A DNA stretch of 64,000 nucleotides from Rhodospirillaceae bacterium. GTDB lineage: Bacteria; Pseudomonadota; Alphaproteobacteria; GCA-2721365. Where the stretch lies: positions 8,993-72,992 of the forward strand of contig PBKC01000098.1 of assembly GCA_002721365.1 (NCBI GenBank), written 5' to 3'. Positions 56,401 through 64,000 of this stretch are shown here, in pieces (the first letter of the stretch is position 1; each line of letters begins with the position of its first letter). The position numbers and the translations under genes were made by a program. The notes beneath the pieces are model-generated. The model ran no database searches, had not been told where the DNA came from, and saw nothing but the letters and a program-made list of their open reading frames with translations.

Positions 56401-59400
56401 CGGCAACGACCAGCTCACCGGCGGTGGCGGTGCCGACACCATGGATGGCGGTGCCGATGACGACACCCTGAGCGGTGCCGAGGGTGCGGACAGTCTCTCG
56501 GGCGGCGACGGCAACGACACGCTTATCGGCGAGGCCGGTGCGGATACGGCTATCGGCGGTGCCGGGTCCGATCTCATCGAAGGCGGTGACGATGCGGACT
56601 CCATCCTTGGCGGACTCGGTGATGACACCGGCCAGGGTGGTACCGGCAACGACATCGTCATGGGTGAGGATGGCGCCGACCTGCTGATCGGTGGGATCGG
56701 CGATGACACGCTGCTGGGCGGCGAAGGCGACGATGTCCTCGACGAGGGCGACGATGCCGCCGGCGCGAACCTCCTCGAAGGTGGCGCGGGCTTCGACAAG
56801 CTCACGGGTGGCGGCGGCGATGACACGCTGGACGGTGGTCTCGACGGCGATACGCTGACCGGTGGCGGTGGAGCGGACAGCCTGGTCGGAGGCGATGGCC
56901 AGGATGCTCTGTTCGGATCGGATGGTGCCGATACCGTAGTTGGGGGCGACGACGCCGATACGGTCGATGGCGGGGCCGGTGACGACTCGGTCGTCGGTGG
57001 CTTGGGCGATGACACCGGCCAGGGCGGTGCCGGCAACGACCTCGTTTTGGGCGGGGACGGAGCAGACCTGCTGATCGGGGGGCTCGACGACGATACCCTC
57101 GAAGGCGGCGCCGGGGACGATGTCCTCAACGAAGACGAAGACCCCTCCGGCAATAACCTTCTCCTCGGCGGAGCAGGCTTTGACGAACTCACCGGCGGTG
57201 GTGGTGCCGATACCCTGGATGGCGGTGCCGACGACGATACGCTGACCGGCGGTGGCGGCGCGGATAGCCTGCTCGGGGCCGATGGGAACGACGTTCTGAT
57301 CGCCGGAGCCGGTGTGGACACGGTCATCGGCGGCGTTGGCAACGATCTCGCCGAAGGCGGTGATGACGACGACTCGATCGTCGGTGGCCTTGGCGACGAT
57401 ACCGGCCAGGGCGGCACCGGCAACGACATCGTCATGGGCGAGGATGGTGCCGACCTGCTGATCGGCGGGATCGGCGACGACACGCTGCTGGGCGGCGAAG
57501 GCGACGATGTCCTCGACGAGGGTGACGACACGGCCGGCGCGAACCTTCTCCGGGGTGAAGCCGGATCGGACAAGCTCACCGGCGGCGGCGGCAGCGACAC
57601 GCTGGAAGGCGGTCTCGACAACGACACCCTGACCGGCGGCGGTGGGACGGACAGCTTGATGGGCGGTGACGGGCAGGACGCTGTGTTCGGTTCCGCCGGT
57701 GCCGATACCGTCCTCGGCGGCGATGGAGCCGATACGGTCGACGGTGGCGATGGCGACGATTCCGTGGTCGGGGGGCTCGGCGACGACACCGGCCAGGGCG
57801 GTGCGGGGAACGATATCGTATTCGGCGAGGACGGCGCCGATCTTCTGATCGGCGGTCTCGGCGATGACACCCTGATGGGCGGTGTCGGCGACGACGTCAT
57901 CAGTGACGACGAGGATCCGTCGGGTGCCAACCTTCTCCTGGGTGAAGAGGGCTTCGACGACCTCACGGGTGGCGGGGGCGACGATACGCTCGACGGTGGC
58001 GTTGACGACGACACCCTGACCGGCGGTGGTGGCGCCGACAGCTTGCTGGGATCGGACGGCGACGACGTTCTGATTGCCGGTGCCGGGGCCGATACCTTGA
58101 TCGGGGGCGCGGGCAACGACCTCGGCGAAGGCGGCGATGGCGACGACTCGATCGTCGGTGGCGTTGGCGACGATACGGGCCAAGGCGGCGCCGGCAACGA
58201 CGTGGTGTCGGGTGAGGACGGCGCGGATCTGCTGATCGGCGGGATCGGTGACGACACCCTTCTCGGCGGCGATGGCGATGACACCCTCGACGAGGGGGAT
58301 GACGCGGTCGGATCCAACCTGCTCGAAGGCGGGGCCGGCTCCGACAAGCTTACCGGTGGCGGTGGCGACGATACACTGGAGGGCGGCCTCGACGCGGACA
58401 CCCTGACCGGTGCCGGCGGTGCGGATAGCCTGATGGGCGGTGACGGCCAGGATGCCCTGTTCGGGTCCGCTGGCGCCGATACCGTCGATGGTGGTGACGG
58501 CGCCGATACCGTCGATGGCGGCGATGGGGCCGACTCCCTTTCGGGAGGTCTTGGCGACGATACCGGCCAGGGCGGTGCCGGCAACGATCTCGTCTCAGGT
58601 GACGAGGGCAATGACCTTCTGATCGGCGGCCTCGACGACGATACCCTTATGGGCGGCATCGGCGACGACATCCTCGACGAAGGCGAGGACGCCGCCGGAG
58701 CCAATCTCCTTCTCGGCGACGTCGGCTTCGATCAGCTCACGGGCGGCGGGGGCAACGACACGCTCGATGGTGGCGCCGACGACGACACTCTGACCGGCGG
58801 TGGCGGCGACGACAGCTTGCTCGGGGGCGACGGCAATGACGTCATGATCGCCGGGGCGGGCGCCGATACGCTGATCGGCGGAGCGGGGAACGATCTCGCC
58901 GAGGCGGGAGACGGCGACGATTCGGTTGTCGGGGGGCTCGGTGCCGATACCGGGCAGGGCGGCGCGGGCAACGATATTGTTTCCGGCAATGGGGGCAACG
59001 ACCTCCTGTTCGGCGGCATTGGCGACGATACGCTGATCGGCGGCGTCGGCGATGACGTGCTCGATGAAAGCGGGGACCCGGCCGGCGCCAATCTGCTGCA
59101 GGGTGGAGCCGGCCTCGATCAGCTCACCGGCGGCGGTGGCAGCGACACGCTCAATGGCGGTGATGACGCCGATACCCTGACGGGTGGCGCCGGAACCGAC
59201 AGTCTGCTCGGTGGAGCGGGCAATGATCAGCTCTCCGGCAATATCGGCGACGATACCTTGGAGGGCGGCGACGGCGCCGACTTCGGTTCCGGCGGCGAAG
59301 GGGCGGACCTTATCGTCGGCGGTCTCGGCAACGACACCGGTGACGGCGGCACCGGCAATGACACGATCATCGGCGAAGAAGGCAACGATCTTCTGATCGG

Positions 59401-62400
59401 CGGCGACGGTGACGACTCCCTCTCGGGCGGTCTCGAGGGCGACACGCTCCAGGGTGGTGTCGGCGACGATCAGCTTTCGGGCGATGAGGGCGACGACAAC
59501 CTTGCCGGCGGAGCGGGATCGGACACGCTGCTTGGCGGTGACGGCGACGACGTCATGGACGAACTTGCCGATCTCACCGGCGCCAACCTCTTCGACGGTG
59601 GTGATGGCGCCGACAGCCTCTATGGCGGCGGTGGCGCGGAAGTCTTCGCCGGCGGTGCCGGGGTGGACTTCATCGTCGCCGGAGCGGGGGGCGACAGTGT
59701 CTCGGGGGGTGCCGACAGCGACGTCATCGACGGTGGTGCGGGCGACGACACGATGTCGGGCGATGCCGGCGGTGATCGCCTTCTCGGCGGTGACGGCGTG
59801 GACATCCTGGATGAATCCGCCGATCTCGATGGCGGAAACGAACTGTTCGGCCAGGCCGGGAACGACAGCCTTCTCGGTGGTAGCGGCGCGGACATGCTGG
59901 ACGGCGGCGACGATGCCGACTCCCTTAGCGGCGGTGCCGGGACCGACCAACTGATCGGCGGCGCTGGCGACGACACCGTCGACGGCGGCGCCGATGCCGA
60001 CACGCTCGATGGCGGCGCGGGTGAGGACAGTCTGATCGGCGGCGGCGGAGGCGACGTTCTGTCGGCGGGCGCCGGCAACGACACCGTGTCCGCCGGAGAC
60101 GGCAACGATACCGCCGATGGCGGCGACGGCGCCGACCTCGTCGATGGCGATGCGGGCGACGACCTGCTGATCGGTGGTCTTGGCGACGATACCCTGCGCG
60201 GCGGCGTGGGGAACGACCAGATCGACGAAGGGGCGGATGCTACCGGCGCCAATCTGCTGGTCGGTGATGCCGGGACCGACCGGCTCACCGGTGGCGGTGG
60301 CAACGATACCCTGGATGGCGGCCTCGACGCAGACACTCTTTCGGGCGCCGGCGGGCAGGACAGCCTGCTTGGTGGCGACGGAGCGGACGTGCTCGACGGC
60401 GGGGTTGGCGACGATACCGCGGCAGGCGGTGCCGGCAACGATACCGCTTCGGGCGGGAGCGGCAACGACCTGCTGTCAGGCGACGACGGCGACGATCTTC
60501 TGTTCGGCGATGCCGGCGACGATACGCTCGATGGTGGTGACGGCGCGGATTCGCTCGATGAGGGCGCCGACCTCACCGGCTCGAACCTCCTTCTGGGCGG
60601 GGCCGGTTCCGATCCCCTGACCGGCGGGGCCGCAGCCGACACCCTGGACGGCGGTACCGAGAACGACACCCTGAGCGGCGGTGGCGGCAACGACAGCTTG
60701 CTCGGCAGCGATGGTGACGACGTTCTGATTGCCGCCGACGGAAACGACACTGTCTTGGGCGGCATCGGCAATGACTTTGCGGCCGGCGACAGCGGCGACG
60801 ATTCGGTCTCCGGCGGCGCTGGCAACGACACCGTCGACGGCGGTGCGGGTAACGACGTCGTTTCCGGCGACGACGGAGCCGATCTTCTGCTGGGTCGGGA
60901 CGGGGACGACACCCTTCGCGGCGGTGCCGGTGCGGACATCCTCGACGAAAGCAGCGACGCGGCGGGGTTCAATCTTCTCGAAGGCGGTGACGGCGCCGAC
61001 AACCTGACCGGCGGTGGCGGGGCCGATACCCTCGACGGCGGTATCGACGACGATACCCTGAACGGCGCTGAGGGAGCCAACAGCCTGCTGGGCGGTGCCG
61101 GCAACGACAACCTGGTCGGCGGGTCGGGTGACGATACGGTCGTCGGCGGCGCCGGCGACGACACCGGCCAAGGCGGCGAAGGCACCGATCTGGTTACCGG
61201 CGGTGACGGCGCGGATCTTCTGACCGGCGGTTCGGGCAACGACGAGTTGCGGGGCGGCGCCGGCGACGATGTGCTGGACGAAAGCGCCGACGCGACCGGC
61301 GACAATCTTCTCGTGGGCGATGAGGGCCTCGACCGGCTTACCGGCGGCAGTGGCAACGACACGCTCGATGGCGGTCTCGATGCCGACACCCTCACTGGCG
61401 GCGGTGGCGGCGACAGCCTGCTCGGCGGAGATGGTGCCGACATTATGTCGGGCGGTATCGGCGACGATACGGTCGAGGGCGGCTCCGGCAACGACACCGG
61501 CGATGGCGGTTCCGGTAACGACCTGCTGCGCGGCGATGATGGTTCGGATGTGCTGGTGGGCGGCACAGGCTCCGATTCGCTCTTCGGCGGTGCGGATGCT
61601 GATGTCCTTGACGACTCGACCGATGCTCTTGGATTCAACCTGCTCGATGGCGGGACCGGCGACGACAGTCTGTTCGGTGGCGGCGCGGCCGATACGCTTC
61701 TCGGCGGAGACGGCGCGGATTTCGTCATTGCCGGGCTGGGCGCGGACAGTGCCTTCGGCGGCGCCGGTGACGACGTCATAGATGGTGGCGGCGGAAACGA
61801 CGTCCTGTCCGGTGGAGCCGGAGCCGACCGTGTCATGGCCGGTGACGGCAACGACACCGTGGACGAGTCGGCCGATCTCGACGGCGGCAACGAAGTCTAT
61901 GGCCAAGCCGGTGACGACAGCCTGCTGGGCGGCGCTGGCGCCGACATGCTGGACGGTGGCGCCGGTGCCGATGATCTCTCAGGCGGTGATGGCGCCGATA
62001 CGCTTCGCGGCGGCGCGGATGACGATCGGGTACAGGGCGGCATCGGCGATGATGTTCTCGCCGGTAATGCAGGCAACGACACCGTGCTCGGCGGCGACGG
62101 CAATGACCTCGTCGACGAGTCCGATGATCCGACCGGCAGCAACCTCCTGGAAGGTGGGGCCGGGCTTGACAGCCTGATCGGCGGAGGTGGCGCCGACCAG
62201 ATCGATGGCGGCGCAGACGCCGACTTCCTGCGTGGCGGCGGAGGCAACGATACCGCTGACGGCGGACTTGGCGACGACATGGTCCAGGGCGAGGACGGTG
62301 ACGACCTCCTGGTCGGCGGTGCCGGGTCGGACACGCTGCTGGGTGGCTCCGGCAACGACGTTCTCGACGAACTGGTCGATACCGGCGGCGGCAACTTCAT

Positions 62401-64000
62401 GGACGGCGGTGACGGGGCCGACAGCCTGTATGGCGGTGCCGGTACCGAGATTCTCGCGGGCGGTGCCGGGAACGACTACGTCGTCGCGGGTGCCGGAAAC
62501 GACAGCGCTCAGGGCGGGATCGGCGACGACACCGTCGATGGCGGCGAAGGCGACGACTTCGTCACGGGCAATGAAGGAAACGACGTGATCGCCGGCAGCG
62601 GCGGTTCCGACATCCTGATGGGGGGTGTCGGCGACGACATCCTCGATGAAAGCGGCGACGGGGCCGGGGCCAATCTGCTGATGGGCGAGGCCGGCTTCGA
62701 CCAGCTCACCGGGGGTGGCGGCAATGACACCCTTGATGGTGGCGACGATGCGGACACCCTCTCCGGCGGCGGCGGCCGGGACAGCTTGCTCGGTGGTGCC
62801 GGAAGCGACGTCCTTTCGGGCGAGGCCGGTGACGACACCGTTGAGGGCGGCATCGGTGCCGACACCGCCGACGGCGGTCTGGGCAACGACCAGCTCTCGG
62901 GTGGCGACGGCGCCGATGTGCTGGTCGGCGGTGGCGGCGATGACACGCTAGTCGGCGGTGCCGACGGCGACCTGCTTGACGAGACGGCGGACGCGACCGG
63001 CGCGAACCGCCTCGACGGCGGGGCCGGGGCCGACAGCCTGTTCGGCGGTGGTGGCGGGGAGATCCTGCTTGGCGGCGACGGCAACGATTTCATCTCGGCC
63101 GGGCTGGGCGCCGACAGTGTGACCGGTGATGCCGGCGACGACGTCATCCATGGGGAGGACGGTAACGATACGCTGAGTGGCGGCCTGGGCGCCGACCGGT
63201 TGCTCGCCGGAGCAGGGGATGACCTCGTCGACGAGACGGCGGACACAAGCGACGGGAACGAGCTGTTCGGCGATGCCGGCAACGACAGCTTGTTCGGCGG
63301 CAGCGGAGCGGATCTGCTCGAAGGCGGCGTCGGCCTCGATCAACTCGACGGTGGAGGCGGCAACGATACCCTGTCCGGCGGTGCCGATTCGGATGTGCTC
63401 GATGGCAACGCGGGTGATGACGTGCTCGTGGGCGATTCCGGGAGCGACACCTTACGGGGCGGTGACGGCGACGATCTGATCAATGAGGGGGCCGATGCCG
63501 CTGGCGCCAACCTGCTGGAAGGCGGCAGCGGCTTCGACAACCTCATCGGTGGCGGCGGCAACGACACGATGTTCGGCGGCCTCGACGGCGATACCCTTGC
63601 CGGCGGCGCTGGCGGAGACTTCCTGGATGGCGAAGGCGGCGCGGACTCGATTCTCGGCGGGATCGGCGACGATACGGCGCAGGGCGGTGACGGTGACGAC
63701 CGGATATTCGGTGAAGCCGGTGCCGACTTGCTGGTCGGCGGCGCGGGCAACGACTTTGTCGACAGCGGTGCCGACGACGACCTCGTCCTCGGCGGCAGCG
63801 GTGACGACGTGCTCGTTCTGGGCGACGGCGCCGATCTCGCACTCGGCGATGATGGCGCCGATTCGCTCACGGGTGGTGTCGGCGACGACACCATGGTCGG
63901 CGGTCAGGGCGTCGACACGGTTTCCGGCGGTGACGGTAACGACGTCATCGACGAATCGGCCGATACCGACGCAGGTAATCTCCTGTCGGGTGACGCCGGT
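53423..64000 (+). CDS. giant secreted RTX-repeat protein with a right-handed beta-helix (pectate-lyase/AlgE A-module-like) domain; 5' partial, continues past the window end
   Basis: The frame of 53423 is open from the TAA at 53363-53365 to base 64000, a span of 3,526 codons from the ATG. The ATG is preceded by GAGGGA. The ORF is missing from the track, presumably because it has no stop in the window; no ORF in this frame is listed after 53423. My translation gives MTVPPIPADD...NDVDPDGDTLFLEAVDG (cadherin-like). A short GGxGxD block follows at about 53760-54010. PbH1-type beta-helix turns follow at about 54500-55200 (IIHSNDTSGISVV, NTIYRNGMHGVGIIG, NNEIHNNGISGII, NQIYGNIVFANAGPGLNLY, NNLVYDNIAYGN). 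From about 55600 there is a continuous run of GGxGxDxL nonapeptides to the window end. Confidence 0.88.
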   Translation, partial: MTVPPIPADDVISLGDPDSDVVVIDPAALLFNDVDPDGDTLFLEAVDGTNLINATAEIDADGNVVVTAIDSSAPIGGSFTYVVSDRNSAVRTAVASFGTGGIEYTDISPGTTGADSLLGSDAPSDLSGGQGDDLVFGGTGDDSLSGGADDDTIQGGSGADEILGGDGQDSLSGDEGADTLDGGAGNDILSDVDGGTISGGEGDDHLIVGVLPEEHETVVDGGLGEDTLDLDLTPEQFLNAATLRELSALNDFITDSADSAVDDGATFTVNGLALTVSNVEALTVNGDPFAVPDESTWLETVFVDPTGDGIGDGSFENPFTSWDFVTFEAGKTYLQKADTVFEDSLFVDVQATADHPIYIGSYGEGAPPTISGSVIFSGAANVEFHDFTVTDSDIAGVLITDGSQSISVTDSTITRSAVGIEITDGSGGSSTGHKLLNNIIHSNDTSGISVVDVSAAAGEETVIADNTIYRNGMHGVGIIGNYYVIENNEIHNNGISGIIGTSGIHLFAQSNEVAAGDFNIIRYNTVSHQNDSDSNDGNGIQADQYSNDNQIYGNIVFANAGPGLNLYDATNNLVYDNIAYGNSVDLFNTHANKAEMTVGSLGGELFDLTFGNQIHDNIFYAIDSDVAAFLVDIPSSDEVNAIGDNQFFHEAGGDLWRWGTLSGTDIEEWNSLAEGGGDDVVFDPVAAGFVPPEEPPAYMLDGSFEVHAPQFTVVDPDSTNLVFGTAAGDLYVGGDFRDILVGRGGNDTILAEGGHDWLIGNEGDDSLVGGDGLDEAWGGVGADTLVGGAGTDLLFGGNDADSILGGDGRDDLAGGFGDDTIFGGADIDSIDGGVGNDWLTGGDGEDVVHGRDDNDFIDESGDLVSANKLFGGTGDDTIIGGGGNDQLAGSEGNDSLIGGAGDDQVNADEGIDVVFGGEGSDLVDGGDGDDVVQGEAGSDTLRGGAGNDSILGGADNDTLVGNEGDDTLIGGDGADILDVSDDTEGNNLLQGDAGNDQLTGGGGADTMDGGADDDTLSGAEGADSLSGGDGNDTLIGEAGADTAIGGAGSDLIEGGDDADSILGGLGDDTGQGGTGNDIVMGEDGADLLIGGIGDDTLLGGEGDDVLDEGDDAAGANLLEGGAGFDKLTGGGGDDTLDGGLDGDTLTGGGGADSLVGGDGQDALFGSDGADTVVGGDDADTVDGGAGDDSVVGGLGDDTGQGGAGNDLVLGGDGADLLIGGLDDDTLEGGAGDDVLNEDEDPSGNNLLLGGAGFDELTGGGGADTLDGGADDDTLTGGGGADSLLGADGNDVLIAGAGVDTVIGGVGNDLAEGGDDDDSIVGGLGDDTGQGGTGNDIVMGEDGADLLIGGIGDDTLLGGEGDDVLDEGDDTAGANLLRGEAGSDKLTGGGGSDTLEGGLDNDTLTGGGGTDSLMGGDGQDAVFGSAGADTVLGGDGADTVDGGDGDDSVVGGLGDDTGQGGAGNDIVFGEDGADLLIGGLGDDTLMGGVGDDVISDDEDPSGANLLLGEEGFDDLTGGGGDDTLDGGVDDDTLTGGGGADSLLGSDGDDVLIAGAGADTLIGGAGNDLGEGGDGDDSIVGGVGDDTGQGGAGNDVVSGEDGADLLIGGIGDDTLLGGDGDDTLDEGDDAVGSNLLEGGAGSDKLTGGGGDDTLEGGLDADTLTGAGGADSLMGGDGQDALFGSAGADTVDGGDGADTVDGGDGADSLSGGLGDDTGQGGAGNDLVSGDEGNDLLIGGLDDDTLMGGIGDDILDEGEDAAGANLLLGDVGFDQLTGGGGNDTLDGGADDDTLTGGGGDDSLLGGDGNDVMIAGAGADTLIGGAGNDLAEAGDGDDSVVGGLGADTGQGGAGNDIVSGNGGNDLLFGGIGDDTLIGGVGDDVLDESGDPAGANLLQGGAGLDQLTGGGGSDTLNGGDDADTLTGGAGTDSLLGGAGNDQLSGNIGDDTLEGGDGADFGSGGEGADLIVGGLGNDTGDGGTGNDTIIGEEGNDLLIGGDGDDSLSGGLEGDTLQGGVGDDQLSGDEGDDNLAGGAGSDTLLGGDGDDVMDELADLTGANLFDGGDGADSLYGGGGAEVFAGGAGVDFIVAGAGGDSVSGGADSDVIDGGAGDDTMSGDAGGDRLLGGDGVDILDESADLDGGNELFGQAGNDSLLGGSGADMLDGGDDADSLSGGAGTDQLIGGAGDDTVDGGADADTLDGGAGEDSLIGGGGGDVLSAGAGNDTVSAGDGNDTADGGDGADLVDGDAGDDLLIGGLGDDTLRGGVGNDQIDEGADATGANLLVGDAGTDRLTGGGGNDTLDGGLDADTLSGAGGQDSLLGGDGADVLDGGVGDDTAAGGAGNDTASGGSGNDLLSGDDGDDLLFGDAGDDTLDGGDGADSLDEGADLTGSNLLLGGAGSDPLTGGAAADTLDGGTENDTLSGGGGNDSLLGSDGDDVLIAADGNDTVLGGIGNDFAAGDSGDDSVSGGAGNDTVDGGAGNDVVSGDDGADLLLGRDGDDTLRGGAGADILDESSDAAGFNLLEGGDGADNLTGGGGADTLDGGIDDDTLNGAEGANSLLGGAGNDNLVGGSGDDTVVGGAGDDTGQGGEGTDLVTGGDGADLLTGGSGNDELRGGAGDDVLDESADATGDNLLVGDEGLDRLTGGSGNDTLDGGLDADTLTGGGGGDSLLGGDGADIMSGGIGDDTVEGGSGNDTGDGGSGNDLLRGDDGSDVLVGGTGSDSLFGGADADVLDDSTDALGFNLLDGGTGDDSLFGGGAADTLLGGDGADFVIAGLGADSAFGGAGDDVIDGGGGNDVLSGGAGADRVMAGDGNDTVDESADLDGGNEVYGQAGDDSLLGGAGADMLDGGAGADDLSGGDGADTLRGGADDDRVQGGIGDDVLAGNAGNDTVLGGDGNDLVDESDDPTGSNLLEGGAGLDSLIGGGGADQIDGGADADFLRGGGGNDTADGGLGDDMVQGEDGDDLLVGGAGSDTLLGGSGNDVLDELVDTGGGNFMDGGDGADSLYGGAGTEILAGGAGNDYVVAGAGNDSAQGGIGDDTVDGGEGDDFVTGNEGNDVIAGSGGSDILMGGVGDDILDESGDGAGANLLMGEAGFDQLTGGGGNDTLDGGDDADTLSGGGGRDSLLGGAGSDVLSGEAGDDTVEGGIGADTADGGLGNDQLSGGDGADVLVGGGGDDTLVGGADGDLLDETADATGANRLDGGAGADSLFGGGGGEILLGGDGNDFISAGLGADSVTGDAGDDVIHGEDGNDTLSGGLGADRLLAGAGDDLVDETADTSDGNELFGDAGNDSLFGGSGADLLEGGVGLDQLDGGGGNDTLSGGADSDVLDGNAGDDVLVGDSGSDTLRGGDGDDLINEGADAAGANLLEGGSGFDNLIGGGGNDTMFGGLDGDTLAGGAGGDFLDGEGGADSILGGIGDDTAQGGDGDDRIFGEAGADLLVGGAGNDFVDSGADDDLVLGGSGDDVLVLGDGADLALGDDGADSLTGGVGDDTMVGGQGVDTVSGGDGNDVIDESADTDAGNLLSGDAG
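56264..59746 (+). repeat. in-phase higher-order tandem repeat inside the RTX gene: 387-nt (129-codon) unit, alternating as a 774-nt two-unit super-repeat
   Basis: The Asp codon of the anchor motif GG(A/T)GND falls at 56264, 56651, 57038, 57425, 57812, 58199, 58586, 58973 and 59360, exactly 387 nt apart by my coordinate count. Copies 774 nt apart are the most alike. Confidence 0.85.

Noticed and set aside
53327-63894. Very long minus-strand ORFs across the RTX region: 53327..55054, 55802..58183, 56389..58704, 58595..59950, 59620..61890, 60476..61906, 62509..63282 and 63340..63894.
   Set aside because: Their translations are low-complexity (Ser/Pro/Ala-rich or Val/Ala/Gly/Thr-rich). They overlap each other in two frames. 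They are the reverse complement of GGC/GAC/ACC-type RTX codons, which rarely produce stops on the opposite strand. The + strand frame gives canonical GGxGxD repeats and a beta-helix domain, so these are antisense shadow ORFs.

Overview
This is a high-GC bacterial chromosomal window. The gene content (NadQ-nadABC, FixJ/FNR-type regulators, PEP-CTERM exopolysaccharide genes, RTX proteins) suggests an alphaproteobacterium, but that is inference. Layout: (1) 0.07-2.6 kb holds an acyl-CoA dehydrogenase and a thiolase. (2) 2.8-8.2 kb is a regulatory patch. It has a FixJ-type response regulator overlapping a PAS histidine kinase that looks like a CheB/CheR-PAS-kinase hybrid with its CheB/CheR modules deleted. 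It also has an FNR-type regulator with a Cys cluster, a heptanucleotide tandem repeat, and an ECF sigma / 77-aa / CBS-protein operon. (3) 9.1-15 kb holds an HPF(RaiA)-cold-shock-domain fusion, then five genes joined by ATGA overlaps: AcsA-type ligase, 2-oxoacid/acetoin dehydrogenase E1alpha, E1beta, E2, and an acyl carrier protein. (4) 15-18 kb holds a DUF900-like alpha/beta hydrolase, a lipoprotein, a small helical protein and a group II truncated haemoglobin. (5) 18.2-22.8 kb holds a Nudix-like NadQ/NrtR-type regulator and nadABC, with two palindromic operators in the leader. (6) 22.8-53.1 kb is a polysaccharide locus of about 30 kb. It encodes a CDP-hexose branch, GDP-mannose dehydratase paralogs, six glycosyltransferase genes (seven GT domains), methyltransferases, an MBOAT O-acyltransferase, Wzx-, Wzy/O-antigen-ligase- and Wza-like proteins, a PCP, a degenerate BY-kinase, a CBM-glycoside hydrolase, a Nudix protein, a priming phosphotransferase and a PEP-CTERM protein. 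No exosortase is present. (7) From 53,423 to the window end runs one open-ended + strand ORF of more than 3,500 codons. It is absent from the supplied ORF track because it has no stop in the window. It encodes a cadherin-like N-terminus, a right-handed beta-helix domain and a very long RTX (GGxGxD) array with an exact 387-nt / 774-nt higher-order period. The long minus-strand ORFs listed there are antisense shadows. I recognised no rRNA, tRNA, CRISPR array, transposase or integrase.
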